A stretch of 64,000 nucleotides of DNA, taken from an uncultured Verrucomicrobiae bacterium (GTDB lineage Bacteria; Verrucomicrobiota; Verrucomicrobiia; Limisphaerales; JAFGQR01). Positions 54,495 to 64,000 of this stretch are shown here, piece by piece. Position numbers and translations under genes: made by a program. The DNA lies in the NCBI GenBank assembly GCA_963788655.1, contig CAWBHS010000075.1:63760-127759 (forward strand), in the 5' to 3' direction. The stretch's first letter is position 1. The number at the start of each line of letters is the position of its first letter. The notes beneath the pieces were generated by a model. It saw nothing but the letters and a program-made list of their open reading frames with translations, was not told the DNA's origin and made no database searches.

Positions 54495-54789
54495 TGTGGC
54501 AGTCCAGGCCTGGTCATTGAATTGCGCCAAAAGTATTGTTACCCGGGAGGGGGGGTGAGTTCGGGAGAAATGATACGTTGCGCCAGAAGTCACTGTTACC
54601 GTGGCCGGAATGGATAAAACGATGAGTCAGACGACACGGGAAGAAGCTTTAACGAAGTTGCGCCGACGTTACCAAAGCGCGGGCGCCGAGCATAAACGCA
54701 AGCTGCTGGATCAAGCCCAGGAGTTGCTGGGCTATCATCGCAAGTCGGCGATTCGCGCGTTACGTGCGCCATCCCCGGCCCCCTGTTGA
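54495..54789 (+). mobile_element. Truncated IS: left end plus transposase N-terminus
   Basis: TGT-starting end with repeated TTGCGCCA.AAGT motifs; RRRYQSAG...KRKLLDQ...GYHRKSAIRAL then stop; same end also at ~52183-52274. Confidence 0.75.
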
Positions 54790-55090
54790 TTCTCGATGCA
54801 CTTTACCCCCGCTTAAATTGAGATACCCCAATAATTACAGGCTGATTCGTTCATTTGTTATTTCATTTTGTAGCCATGCATCTTGTAATCTATTTCGTTA
54901 CTATTACGATATGGATGATTTTATATACGCTGTGAATCCCGTTGAGTAATCAGCGGAGGAAAGACGTTAGGCTCACCTGAACTGGAATGTCCAAACTATC
55001 GCGTTGGAGTTCCTCGGTCTTACTCGTGCGCGTTACCCCGACGCCGAGAACCTTTCCTCGCCCAGCGGTTGACGCCGTAGCCATTATCCG

Positions 55091-57151
55091 GTGAACTGCA
55101 TGCGTATGAACCTACAATTTCCATTCCACCGATGGGCGGTCTGCTTTCTGTTACCCTTTCAAGTTGCTCTTGCCGGTTTCGCCTCCGAGGCCGAGGCCAC
55201 CAAACGCGGACACACCGTGCTGGGAATTGAGGGCAGTCATTTTACCCTCAACGGCCGACCGACGTTTCTTCTTGGTTTCAGTTACTACGCCGCGTTGGGC
55301 GCTTCCAAAGCCTTCATGCGGCAGGATCTTGATGACTTTCAACGGCACGGCTTCAATTGGCTGCGGGTGTGGGCCACTTGGGATGGCTACGACTTCGTCG
55401 TCTCGGCGGTCGATGCCGGCGGGCGAGCGCGTGAACCGTTCTTCGGGAAATTGCGATGGCTGCTGGCTGAGTGTGATCGCCGGGGAATGGTCGTGGACGT
55501 CACGCTGAGTCGCCACCGGCGCGACACGGGCGAACCAAGTGGCGGCCAATTGCCGAATTTCGCCGCGCACCGGCGTGCGGTCGAAACCCTTTGCACGGCC
55601 CTGAAACCGTATCGAAACTGGTATCTCGACCTGGCCAACGAGCGCGATGTGGGTGACCGGCGGTTCGTTGGCCCCGACGAACTCAAGCGCCTGCGAGATC
55701 GCGTCCGCGAATTGGATGCCGGGCGGTTGGTGACCGCGTCCTTCGGCGGACACGATCTCAGCGCAAACGATATCCGCGAGGCGCTGGTCACCATTGGTCT
55801 GGATTTCCTCAGTCCGCATCGCCCCCGGACGCGTTCCTCGCCGGCGCAAACCCAACCAGAAACCCGCGCCGCTTTGCAGAAGATGCGTGCGCTCGGACAT
55901 GTGGCGCCCGTGCATTACCAGGAGCCGTTTCGCCGGGGCTACGGCAACTGGCAGCCGACGGCGGCAGATTTTCTCACGGACCTGAAAGGTGCGATCGCGG
56001 GCGGTGCCGCCGGATGGTGCTTTCACAACGGCTCGCAGCGCAATGCCCCCGGGGAAAAGCCACGCCGTTCGTTCGATCTCCGCACCCAACGTCTCTGGGG
56101 GCAACTCGATGCCGAGGAGCGGGCGTTGGTCGAGGCCGCGCCCACCGTGGTCCGGAACGCGCCTTATCCGCCGAGCCTCGTCATCCGTCAATTGCGGTGG
56201 GACCAGGAAACGGTGAAGCTTGGCGCGCGCGCCGGAGACAACTGGCCCATTACCTGGGTTCGCGACGATCAGCAAATCACCGCGTGGGGCGACGGCCCGG
56301 GCTTCGACGAACAGCCACCGCGATTGTCGATGGGCTTTGCCCGCATCTCCGGCAACCCGCCCAACGTCCACGGCCGGGATTTCACCTCGGACGCGGACAC
56401 GGTGGAAGGCGGTGGCTCATCGGCCATCAAGGCCAGTGGATTGCTGATGGTGGACGGGATTCTGTACCTTTGGGTGCGCAATTACCGGCCTGCTGAATCC
56501 GACGACTTCACCAATGCTCGTCTCGCTTGGTCGGTCAACAGCGGCACGAATTGGACGTGGGCCGACTGGCACTTTACGGACACGTTCGGGTGTCCGGAAT
56601 TCGTTCAATTCGGCCCGGATTACGCTGGCGCCCGCGACGGTTACGTTTATGTGGCGTCACAAGCGAACGACAGTGCCTACGGCTATTCACCCGACATCGT
56701 GCTGGCGCGCGTACCAAAACCGAAGGTGCCTGACCGCCATCAGTATGAATTCTTCACCGGTCTGGACGCCGATGGTCAACCAACGTGGTCGCCCGACCTG
56801 AACCAACGAAGACCGATCTTCATCGACGCTTACGGCACCCAACGGATCGCCATCACTTACAACGCCGGTTTGAAACGTTACCTCCTGACAACCTCACACC
56901 GGCCGGCCGGGAGCAAGGCCACTCATACGCCGGCGCTGGGAGTGTTTGACGCGCCGGAACCGTGGGGACCGTGGACGACTGTCGATTACGATGACCACTG
57001 GTCCGGCAAGAACCGAACGTACCACCACAAGTTCCCGACCAAATGGATGAGCCCCGACGGCCGGACCTTATGGTTGTTGTATTCTGGATTGGACGGCGGC
57101 CTCTACACCTTCTGTCTGAGGCAAGCGACGCTGGAAGTCGCACCGCGATAG
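55091..57151 (+). CDS. Secreted GH5-like TIM barrel fused to DUF4185-like beta-propeller
   Basis: GFNWLRVW, DLANE, YQEP; GDNWPITW, AWGDG, APEPWGPW, FPTKW. Confidence 0.75.
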   Translation: MNCMRMNLQFPFHRWAVCFLLPFQVALAGFASEAEATKRGHTVLGIEGSHFTLNGRPTFLLGFSYYAALGASKAFMRQDLDDFQRHGFNWLRVWATWDGYDFVVSAVDAGGRAREPFFGKLRWLLAECDRRGMVVDVTLSRHRRDTGEPSGGQLPNFAAHRRAVETLCTALKPYRNWYLDLANERDVGDRRFVGPDELKRLRDRVRELDAGRLVTASFGGHDLSANDIREALVTIGLDFLSPHRPRTRSSPAQTQPETRAALQKMRALGHVAPVHYQEPFRRGYGNWQPTAADFLTDLKGAIAGGAAGWCFHNGSQRNAPGEKPRRSFDLRTQRLWGQLDAEERALVEAAPTVVRNAPYPPSLVIRQLRWDQETVKLGARAGDNWPITWVRDDQQITAWGDGPGFDEQPPRLSMGFARISGNPPNVHGRDFTSDADTVEGGGSSAIKASGLLMVDGILYLWVRNYRPAESDDFTNARLAWSVNSGTNWTWADWHFTDTFGCPEFVQFGPDYAGARDGYVYVASQANDSAYGYSPDIVLARVPKPKVPDRHQYEFFTGLDADGQPTWSPDLNQRRPIFIDAYGTQRIAITYNAGLKRYLLTTSHRPAGSKATHTPALGVFDAPEPWGPWTTVDYDDHWSGKNRTYHHKFPTKWMSPDGRTLWLLYSGLDGGLYTFCLRQATLEVAPR

Positions 57152-57311
57152 GACGGACCTATTGCACATTAAATCGCTGAACCGTAGGGACGCCTCGGCA
57201 GCGGCCACCCAGGAGCAAGGATGTTTGCGGCGCTGCGAGGCGCCACTACGCCCGGGTTTCGTGGGGAGGGCGCCCGCAAATCAGGCGCCGGGTCAGAACT
57301 CCCCAGTGCCG

Positions 57312-58832
57312 TCACTTCTGCGCTTTGCGCAAATCGAATCCCGCCGGGCGCACATACGCGGGCTCTTGCGCCGTCATGGCGTCGAAGCCCAACAAATAGC
57401 CTTTGGACTTTTCAGCCTTGCCCATGCATTCAAACCGCAGGACGTGCTGGCCTGCCGTCAATTTCCGGGCGCCCCAGCGATGCGACGTTGGCGTCACTGC
57501 CGGATTGTACAAATCCATCACCGCGAGTTCCCGGCCATCGAGTTTGACCCGATAAATGCCGTAGTCCCAGGAATGGACCAGCTTGCCGTACAATTCCACG
57601 CTCCGGTCCTGAGCGAGGTCGAAGGTGACTTCCAACCAGCCTTGGTCATCCGTCGGCCGGAACCACAGTTGTTTTCCATCCGTGACGCCACCGATTTGCT
57701 GCACCTCGCAGGGCGCAATGGAATGTTTGGCCGTCGGCACTGCCTGCCAGCCGACCACCAGGTTCTGCTCGTGGAACGGTAATCGCTCCGGTCCCGGCGG
57801 TAGCGCCGGCCAGGGCTGATGGGGTTCGGTCTGATACCACAGTGCCACGGAGGACATCAGGTCATCGCGTTCGATGAAGCCATCGACTTTGCCATCGGGA
57901 AAGGTTTGCGAGCCTTTGTGTTCGATCTCGACACGCAGGGATTTCTTGAACGGCACCGGGTCGGTGATGTGAAAACGATACGCCGTGCCGCGGTCGCCGG
58001 TGTTGAAGCCCTCCCACAGCGGCGTGCCGTAAAACGGTCCATCTTGCTCGCGGAAGCCCCAGGCGTCGCAGAAGTAATCCTCAGTGCCGGTGCCGCGTAA
58101 TTGCGGTTGCTTCGCGCCATCAATGAAGAAGAAATCATCGCCTTCACCGTACCAGCCGGGCGAAATGTGATACACACTTTGAATGGTGCCCACGTAGTGG
58201 CCGCGGCCTTTGATGTCCGCGAGCAAATAATTGCGGCCCATCACACACGGAAATTCCTGGCGATACATGGCGTGGAAATAGGCGGTCTCCGGCGGCAACG
58301 ATTCATGTTTCTGCCAGTCGAGGTAATAGTAAAAGGCGTGACAGGGTTTGTCGCTTTCGTTGGTCACCGTGATGCGCGCTGACTTGCGGAACGGCATCGG
58401 CCAGTAGCAATTCCGCGCTCGCCCTTCCGAGGAGACGCGGATCGGAATCGAGATGAATGATTTGTCCACGCCATGTCCAATGCCGAAGAAATCGCCGATG
58501 GGACATTCCACGCTCGGGTGCTCTTCGCCGTCCCAATACATCCGCAGGGTCAGCAGCCGCGAATAGAACCGGGCGTCGTGCGCGATGGTAAACCAGATAT
58601 GGGTGATCCGGCCCGGCCCCTCCAACTCGGCCAACGTCAGTGTCCCGCCCGGTGCGATCGGACGCGCGTCCCCGTTACCGTTCTGCCAATTGGGATCGGA
58701 GGACGAAGCCCGCCGGGCTTCAAAGTTCTTGAGCGTCTCGAGGCCCGCCAACGGATTGCCGAGGGGCAATTGCGCGTGGCCCAGGCTGGCGGCGACGAGG
58801 AAGGTGGAGGTGACGGCGAGCAGGGTCTTCAT
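57312..58832 (-). CDS. DUF2961/GH172 glycoside hydrolase with C-terminal extension
   Basis: GPGRITHIWFT, PIGDFFG, NCYWPMPF, WYGEGDD, GTGTEDYF. Confidence 0.9.
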   Translation of the reverse strand: MKTLLAVTSTFLVAASLGHAQLPLGNPLAGLETLKNFEARRASSSDPNWQNGNGDARPIAPGGTLTLAELEGPGRITHIWFTIAHDARFYSRLLTLRMYWDGEEHPSVECPIGDFFGIGHGVDKSFISIPIRVSSEGRARNCYWPMPFRKSARITVTNESDKPCHAFYYYLDWQKHESLPPETAYFHAMYRQEFPCVMGRNYLLADIKGRGHYVGTIQSVYHISPGWYGEGDDFFFIDGAKQPQLRGTGTEDYFCDAWGFREQDGPFYGTPLWEGFNTGDRGTAYRFHITDPVPFKKSLRVEIEHKGSQTFPDGKVDGFIERDDLMSSVALWYQTEPHQPWPALPPGPERLPFHEQNLVVGWQAVPTAKHSIAPCEVQQIGGVTDGKQLWFRPTDDQGWLEVTFDLAQDRSVELYGKLVHSWDYGIYRVKLDGRELAVMDLYNPAVTPTSHRWGARKLTAGQHVLRFECMGKAEKSKGYLLGFDAMTAQEPAYVRPAGFDLRKAQK

Positions 58833-59180
58833 GACGGCTATCCTTTTCTTAAATCACGTACGGCCAGTTTGATCGACTTCGAACATCAGCGCGGGCAGTT
58901 TAGCCGGCGACCGCGCGGCGTGTCCACCTCGGAAAGAGACACCTCGGAAAGAGACGCGGTCCCATCCGAAGGCCGAAATCCGAGGTCCGAAAGAAGGGTC
59001 AACCATTCCTGTCAGCGCCGACTTACCCCGGCAGCTATGGCGGTCTGAAAAACAACATTGCCGCGGATAAGTTTCGCCGCGAACCCAGCAGCGACAGACT
59101 GGAGGCAAATCGACCCGGGCACGCTGGGAGATTTGAACGCGCACCGACGAATTATGTCCGGGTGACAAACTGCTTCCCGG

Positions 59181-60707
59181 TTAACGGAACACGATAAAGA
59201 AGGCCACTACCGCCAGAATGACCAAAATGCCGTATCGGAGGACGGTGGGCGAGGTTGTCATGTCAATATCTGCCCGTACAGGTAATACCCTCGCTTCGGG
59301 CAGAGGTTTGGCCAGCGTGATGGCGGCCATCACCCCCACCAGCAGCACCAAGGTAATGACCATCCGGTGCAGATAAGCCACCTCGCCCCATTGCCATTGC
59401 AGCAGTCCGTAGATCGGGGCGCTCAACAACAACGCCGCGACTCCCGCGGCGGGCGGTGCTTTCTTGACGACGAAACCGAATACAAAGGCCGCTACAATGC
59501 CGGGCGAGATGTAACCCTGGAATTCCTGAATGAATTTGAACACGCCGCCTTTGAGCAGGTCCGACAGCGAAACCCCGCAGGCGATCACCAAAAACACGAC
59601 CGTGGCAATTCGGCCCACCAGCACCAATCGGCGTTCCGTCGCGGTCGGCGCCAAGTGACGTTTGTATAGGTCCATCGTAAAGATCGTCGAAGCCGAGTTG
59701 AGCATCGAAGCGAGACTGCTGATGACCGCTCCGGCCAGAGCCGCGAAAATGAAACCGCGCGCGCCGTTGGGAATCAATTCGCGCACCAGCACGGGATAGG
59801 CCTGGTCGGGGCGGCTGAGTTGATCGGGATAGAGTTGGTGCGCCACCAGACCAGGCATCACGATGGCAAACGGCACCAACAACCAGAGCGCCCCCGCAAA
59901 GATGACTCCCAGTTGGCCCTGCTTGAGCGACTTGGCCGCCAGCGTCCGTTGGGTAATGAATTGGTTCAAGCCGCAGTAATAAAAGATGGGAATCCACATC
60001 CCGCCAATGAGCACCGTCCAGGGAAGTTCAGCGTGGTTCGCCGGCAGAATCATGTGCAGTCGGTCCGCGTTATGGTGCAGGAAGGACGCGGGACCGCCGC
60101 AGGCCTTGATGCCCAGAAAGAGAGTCAGCAACCCGCCCAGCAGCAAAGCCGTACCTTGGAACAAATCCGCCCACACCGCCGCAAGCAATCCGCCCCAAAC
60201 CACATACAAAACCGCGATGGCCGCAATGATCAGGACGCCGGTGGCCAGTTTGAGTCCGAAGATGGTTTCCAGCGCGGTGCCGCCTGAATAGAGCACGGCC
60301 GCCGTTGTTACGGAGACGTAGATGATGACCGTGAGGGACGACATGATGGTTCGCGCGGCGGCATTGTAGCGGTATTCGAGATACTCCGGCATCGTGTAAA
60401 TGCCGGCGCGGAGGAAGCGGGGCAAAAAATAGAAGGCCACAATCACGATGCCCACCGCGCCGGTCAATTGCCACGCACTGACGGCGAGTCCCACGTTGCC
60501 GGCCGCCTGCCCCGCCATGCCCACGAACTGTTCGGTGGACAGGTTGGCCGCCACAATGGACACCCCGATCAGCCACCACGGGAGCTTGCGTCCGCCCAGG
60601 AAATAGTCAGCGCTGTCCTTCTCGCCCCGGCTTTTGAGGAAGCTGAACGACAGGACGACGGCGTAGAACACCACAAAGATGGCAACGTCGAGCGCAGTGA
60701 AATTCAT
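59181..60707 (-). CDS. Sodium:solute (sugar) symporter, SSS family
   Basis: DYFLGGRKLPWW, ANLSTEQFVG, TMPEYLEYRY, NQFITQRTL; start MNFTALD at 60707. Confidence 0.93.
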   Translation of the reverse strand: MNFTALDVAIFVVFYAVVLSFSFLKSRGEKDSADYFLGGRKLPWWLIGVSIVAANLSTEQFVGMAGQAAGNVGLAVSAWQLTGAVGIVIVAFYFLPRFLRAGIYTMPEYLEYRYNAAARTIMSSLTVIIYVSVTTAAVLYSGGTALETIFGLKLATGVLIIAAIAVLYVVWGGLLAAVWADLFQGTALLLGGLLTLFLGIKACGGPASFLHHNADRLHMILPANHAELPWTVLIGGMWIPIFYYCGLNQFITQRTLAAKSLKQGQLGVIFAGALWLLVPFAIVMPGLVAHQLYPDQLSRPDQAYPVLVRELIPNGARGFIFAALAGAVISSLASMLNSASTIFTMDLYKRHLAPTATERRLVLVGRIATVVFLVIACGVSLSDLLKGGVFKFIQEFQGYISPGIVAAFVFGFVVKKAPPAAGVAALLLSAPIYGLLQWQWGEVAYLHRMVITLVLLVGVMAAITLAKPLPEARVLPVRADIDMTTSPTVLRYGILVILAVVAFFIVFR

Positions 60708-60882
60708 GGGCGGCAGGTTAGCCGCTGATTCCGCCCAGCAGCAACAGGGAAGTGGACCCAGCCCGAATTGGAACCTGCCGCGAACGCTACGGCAAGAACC
60801 ACCAAGCCGTATCCATGCAGTAAACTGCCACTGGGAACCTCGAGGTCGGGGTAGGTTACTTGAAGATGAACTTTGCCCGGAT

Positions 60883-63800
60883 TTACTCCGCCCATTCCGC
60901 ACAGAGCAACTTTGCCTGCTCCAAAACCGTTTGCGTCGCCTTTTCCTGCTTGTCCGGCGGATAGCCGTATTTGCGGAGGATGCGGCGGACGATGACGCGG
61001 ATTTGCGCTTGGGCGGATTCGCGGAGCGTCCAGTCAATCGTCACGCTCTTGCGGACGTGGGAAACCAATTCCCGCGCGATGTTCTTCAAAGTCGGCTCGC
61101 CGAGGACTTTCACCGCGCTGTCGTTCACTTCCAACGCATCGTAAAACGCGACTTCATCATCGGTCAGGCCAAGCTTCTCGCCGCGCTTCTGGCCTTCGCG
61201 CATTTGCTTGGCCAGTTCGATCAATTCCGCGATGACCTGCGCGGCTTCGATGGTGCGGTTTTGGTATTTGCGGATGGTGGCTTCCAGCATTTCGGCGAAG
61301 GAGCGGGATTGGACGAGATATTTCTTCGAGCGGATTTTCAGTTCGTTGTTCAGCAGCTTTTGCAGCAACTCCACGGCGAGGTTGCGCTGGGGCAGATGCT
61401 TGAACTTCCGCCAGAAACTCGTCGGACAAAATGGAAATGTCCGGCTTCTTCAATCCGGCGGCGTCGAAGATGTCTATGACCTTGTCGGATGAAATGGCGC
61501 GGGAAACGATTTGCCGGACGGCCAGCTCCAATTCTTCCGGCGATTTCCCGCCGCCTTCGCTGATGCTCTTGGCCAGCACCGCGCGGACTTCCTGAAAGAA
61601 TCCGACTTCATCGCGAATCTCCAGCGCCTCGTCATTCGGCACGGCCAGCGCAAACGCTTTGGACAGTTCCGTGACCGCCAGCAGATAACGCGGCTTGCCG
61701 TCCTTTTGTTGCAACACATGCTCGGCAGCTTGCGCGATGAGCGGCAACCGCTTCGCCGCCGTGGCCTCGGCGGCTGCGCCGTAATCAAACCCATGCAGGA
61801 TGGCGCAGACCTGCTCGTATTTCTCCAGCATCACGGCCACGGCTTCTTCCTGATCCAGCGTGATGTCGCCTTTGCCTTTGCTGTTCGTGTAATCGGCCAG
61901 CGCCTGTTTCAATTCCTCCGCCAGTCCGAGATAATCCACCACCAACCCGCCCGGCTTGTCTTTGAAAACGCGGTTCACCCGCGCGATGGCCTGCATCAGC
62001 CCGTGACCGCGCATCGGCTTGTCCACATACATCGTGTGCAGGCTCGGCGCATCAAAGCCGGTCAGCCACATGTCGCGCACGATGACGATGCGGAACGGCT
62101 TCTTCGGATTCTTGAACGCCTTCGCCAGTTCTTCGCGCCGGGCTTTGCTGCGAATGTGCTGCTGCCATTCCAGTTTGTCCGAAGCCGAGCCGGACATGAC
62201 GATCTTCATCATGCCTTTGTCATCGTCGTCGTGATGCCAGTCCGGGCGCAGTTTCTGGATCGCCTTGTAAAGCTCCACGCAGATGCGGCGGCTCATGCAG
62301 ACCACCATCGCCTTGCCTTCCATCGCGGCGTAACGCGCTTCCCAATGCTTCACCAAATCCTCGGCCACGAGCGCGATGCGTTTGTCCGTCCCGACCATCG
62401 CCTCCAGTTGCGCCCATTTCCGGCGCAGACTTTCCTTGGTGGATTCCTCCGCATCTTCCGTCACCTCCGTCAAAGTTCGGGTCAATCTTCGGGCGTTCCT
62501 CCGGCTTCAAATCAATCTTCGCCAGCCGCGCCTCGTAATAAATCGGCACGGTGGCCTTGTCTTCCTTCGATTGCAGGATGTCGTAAACATCAATGTAATC
62601 GCCGAACACGGCCTGCGTGTTCTTGTCGCCGCTTTCAATCGGCGTGCCGGTGAAGCCGATGAACGACGCCTTGGGCAGCGCATCGCGCATATGCTTGGCG
62701 AAGCCGTCAATGAAATCGTATTGGCTGCGGTGCGCTTCGTCGGCGATGACGACGATGTTGCGCCGGTCGGACAGCAGCGGATGCTTGCCGCCTTTTTCAT
62801 CGGGAAAGAATTTCTGAATCGTGGTGAACACCACGCCGCCGCTGGCGACGTTGAGCAACTCGCGCAAATGTTCCCGGCTCTCCGCCTGACACCGGAGTTT
62901 GCCGCAGCAACTCTTTGCAAAACGAGAACGTGTCGAAAAGCTGGTCGTCCAGATCGTTGCGGTCGGTGAGCACGACGATGGTGGGATTCTCCATCGCCGG
63001 GTGCTGCACGATTTTTCCGGCGTAGAAAACCATCGAAAGACTTTTGCCGCTGCCTTGCGTGTGCCAGATGACACCCGCCCGCCGGTCGCCAACACCTTCT
63101 GATCGTAGCAGCCGAGGTGACGAGGCTCTGACTTTCCGCCGGTGAAGAACTAGAATGAGCCTCCTCACGTCGGCTGCTACCAAGTTCAGGAGGAACGCCC
63201 GCCGCCCGCAAGGTCGATTCCACCGCCTTGTTGACGGCGTGGAATTGATGATAGCCCGCCAGCTTCTTCACGACCTTTTCGCCGTCATCCTCAAACACGA
63301 TGAAGTTGCGGATCAAGTCCAACAAGCGGTGCTTGTCGAACACGCCTTTGAGCAGCGTTTCCAGTTGCAACGAACCCGGCGGCACAAGCTCCTTGCCCGT
63401 GATGGTGCGCCACGTCATGAACCGCTCCCAATCCGACGTGACCGTGCCGAGCCGCGCTTCGTGGCCGTCGGAAATCACCAGCAGCGCGTTCGAGTGGAAC
63501 AGCGACGGGATTTGCGCCTTGTAAGTCTGGAACTGGTCGAACGCCTTGCGGATGGTGGCCTGTTCATCCGCAATGTTTTTGAGTTCCAGCACCGCCAGCG
63601 GGATGCCGTTGATGAACACCACCACATCCGCGCGCCGGTTGAAATGGCCTTCCTCCACCGTGAACTGGTTGACGGCGAGAAATTCGTTGGCTTCGGGATT
63701 CGCAAAATCAATCAGCCAGACCTTGTCGTGAACGATTTGGCCGTCCGCGTTGCGAAACTCCACGTCCACGCCTTCCACCAGCAGCCGATGAAACGCGCGG

Positions 63801-64000
63801 TTGTTTTCGATGAGCGTGGGATGATTGATCAAACGGAGTTTGCGCAACGCTTCCTGCAAACCCTCCAGCGGAATCTTGGGATTCAAATCCTCCAGCTTGG
63901 TTTGCAGCCGGTCGAAAAGAAAAACCTGCTTGTAATCCGAACGCTCCGCCGCCGGTTCGCCCGGCGCAATCGCCAGCCCGGACAAAACCTCGTAGCCCAA
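60883..64000 (-). CDS. hsdR: Type I restriction endonuclease subunit R (5' end off window; frameshifts near 63100, 62885, 62478, 61400)
   Basis: [48 protein letters not shown]. Confidence 0.93.
63105..63180. repeat. REP doublet family B inside hsdR
   Basis: GTAGCAGCCGAGGTGACGAGGCTC...GAGCCTCCTCACGTCGGCTGCTAC. Confidence 0.92.

Noticed and set aside
58925..58996. Tandem CACCTCGGAAAGAGA duplication and CCGAA-like short repeats
   Set aside because: Two copies only; likely slippage in a decayed repeat with no evidence of function
14552..64000. Programmed frameshifting or mass pseudogenisation (dinG, hsdR, second desulfurase, gspE, glycosidase)
   Set aside because: Scattered single-base indels in otherwise intact genes are best explained by sequencing or assembly error; undecidable without reads

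Overview
GC-rich bacterial chromosomal segment, most likely Verrucomicrobiota (inferred from protein styles, C-terminal '...FFRL' surface domains and repeat families). The backbone is housekeeping and carbohydrate genes: NhaC and CPA1 Na+/H+ antiporters, OtsAB fusion, DinG, two cysteine desulfurases, dnaN, Mrp, GspE/PilB, CobB, several secreted glycoside-hydrolase-like proteins, an SSS transporter and a type I HsdR running off the right edge. Interspersed are (i) a REP-associated tyrosine transposase (RAYT) with cognate REPs inside a two-component operon, plus about six other palindromic repeat families, one copy lying inside hsdR; (ii) many intact and decayed toxin-antitoxin-like pairs; (iii) two cassettes, an orphan flagellin and a secreted repeat protein, each bracketed by inverted copies of a related motif (TGTCAATA-N7-9-CTG[A/T]C[C/A]C..TTT) that is stuttered at the left junction and, in one cassette, is attached to RAYT-like gene ends. 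Item (iii) is my best candidate for an undescribed gene-capture system. Many genes carry single-base frameshifts that are probably sequencing or assembly errors, so pseudogene calls need read-level checks. All family assignments are from motif recognition by eye; no searches were run.
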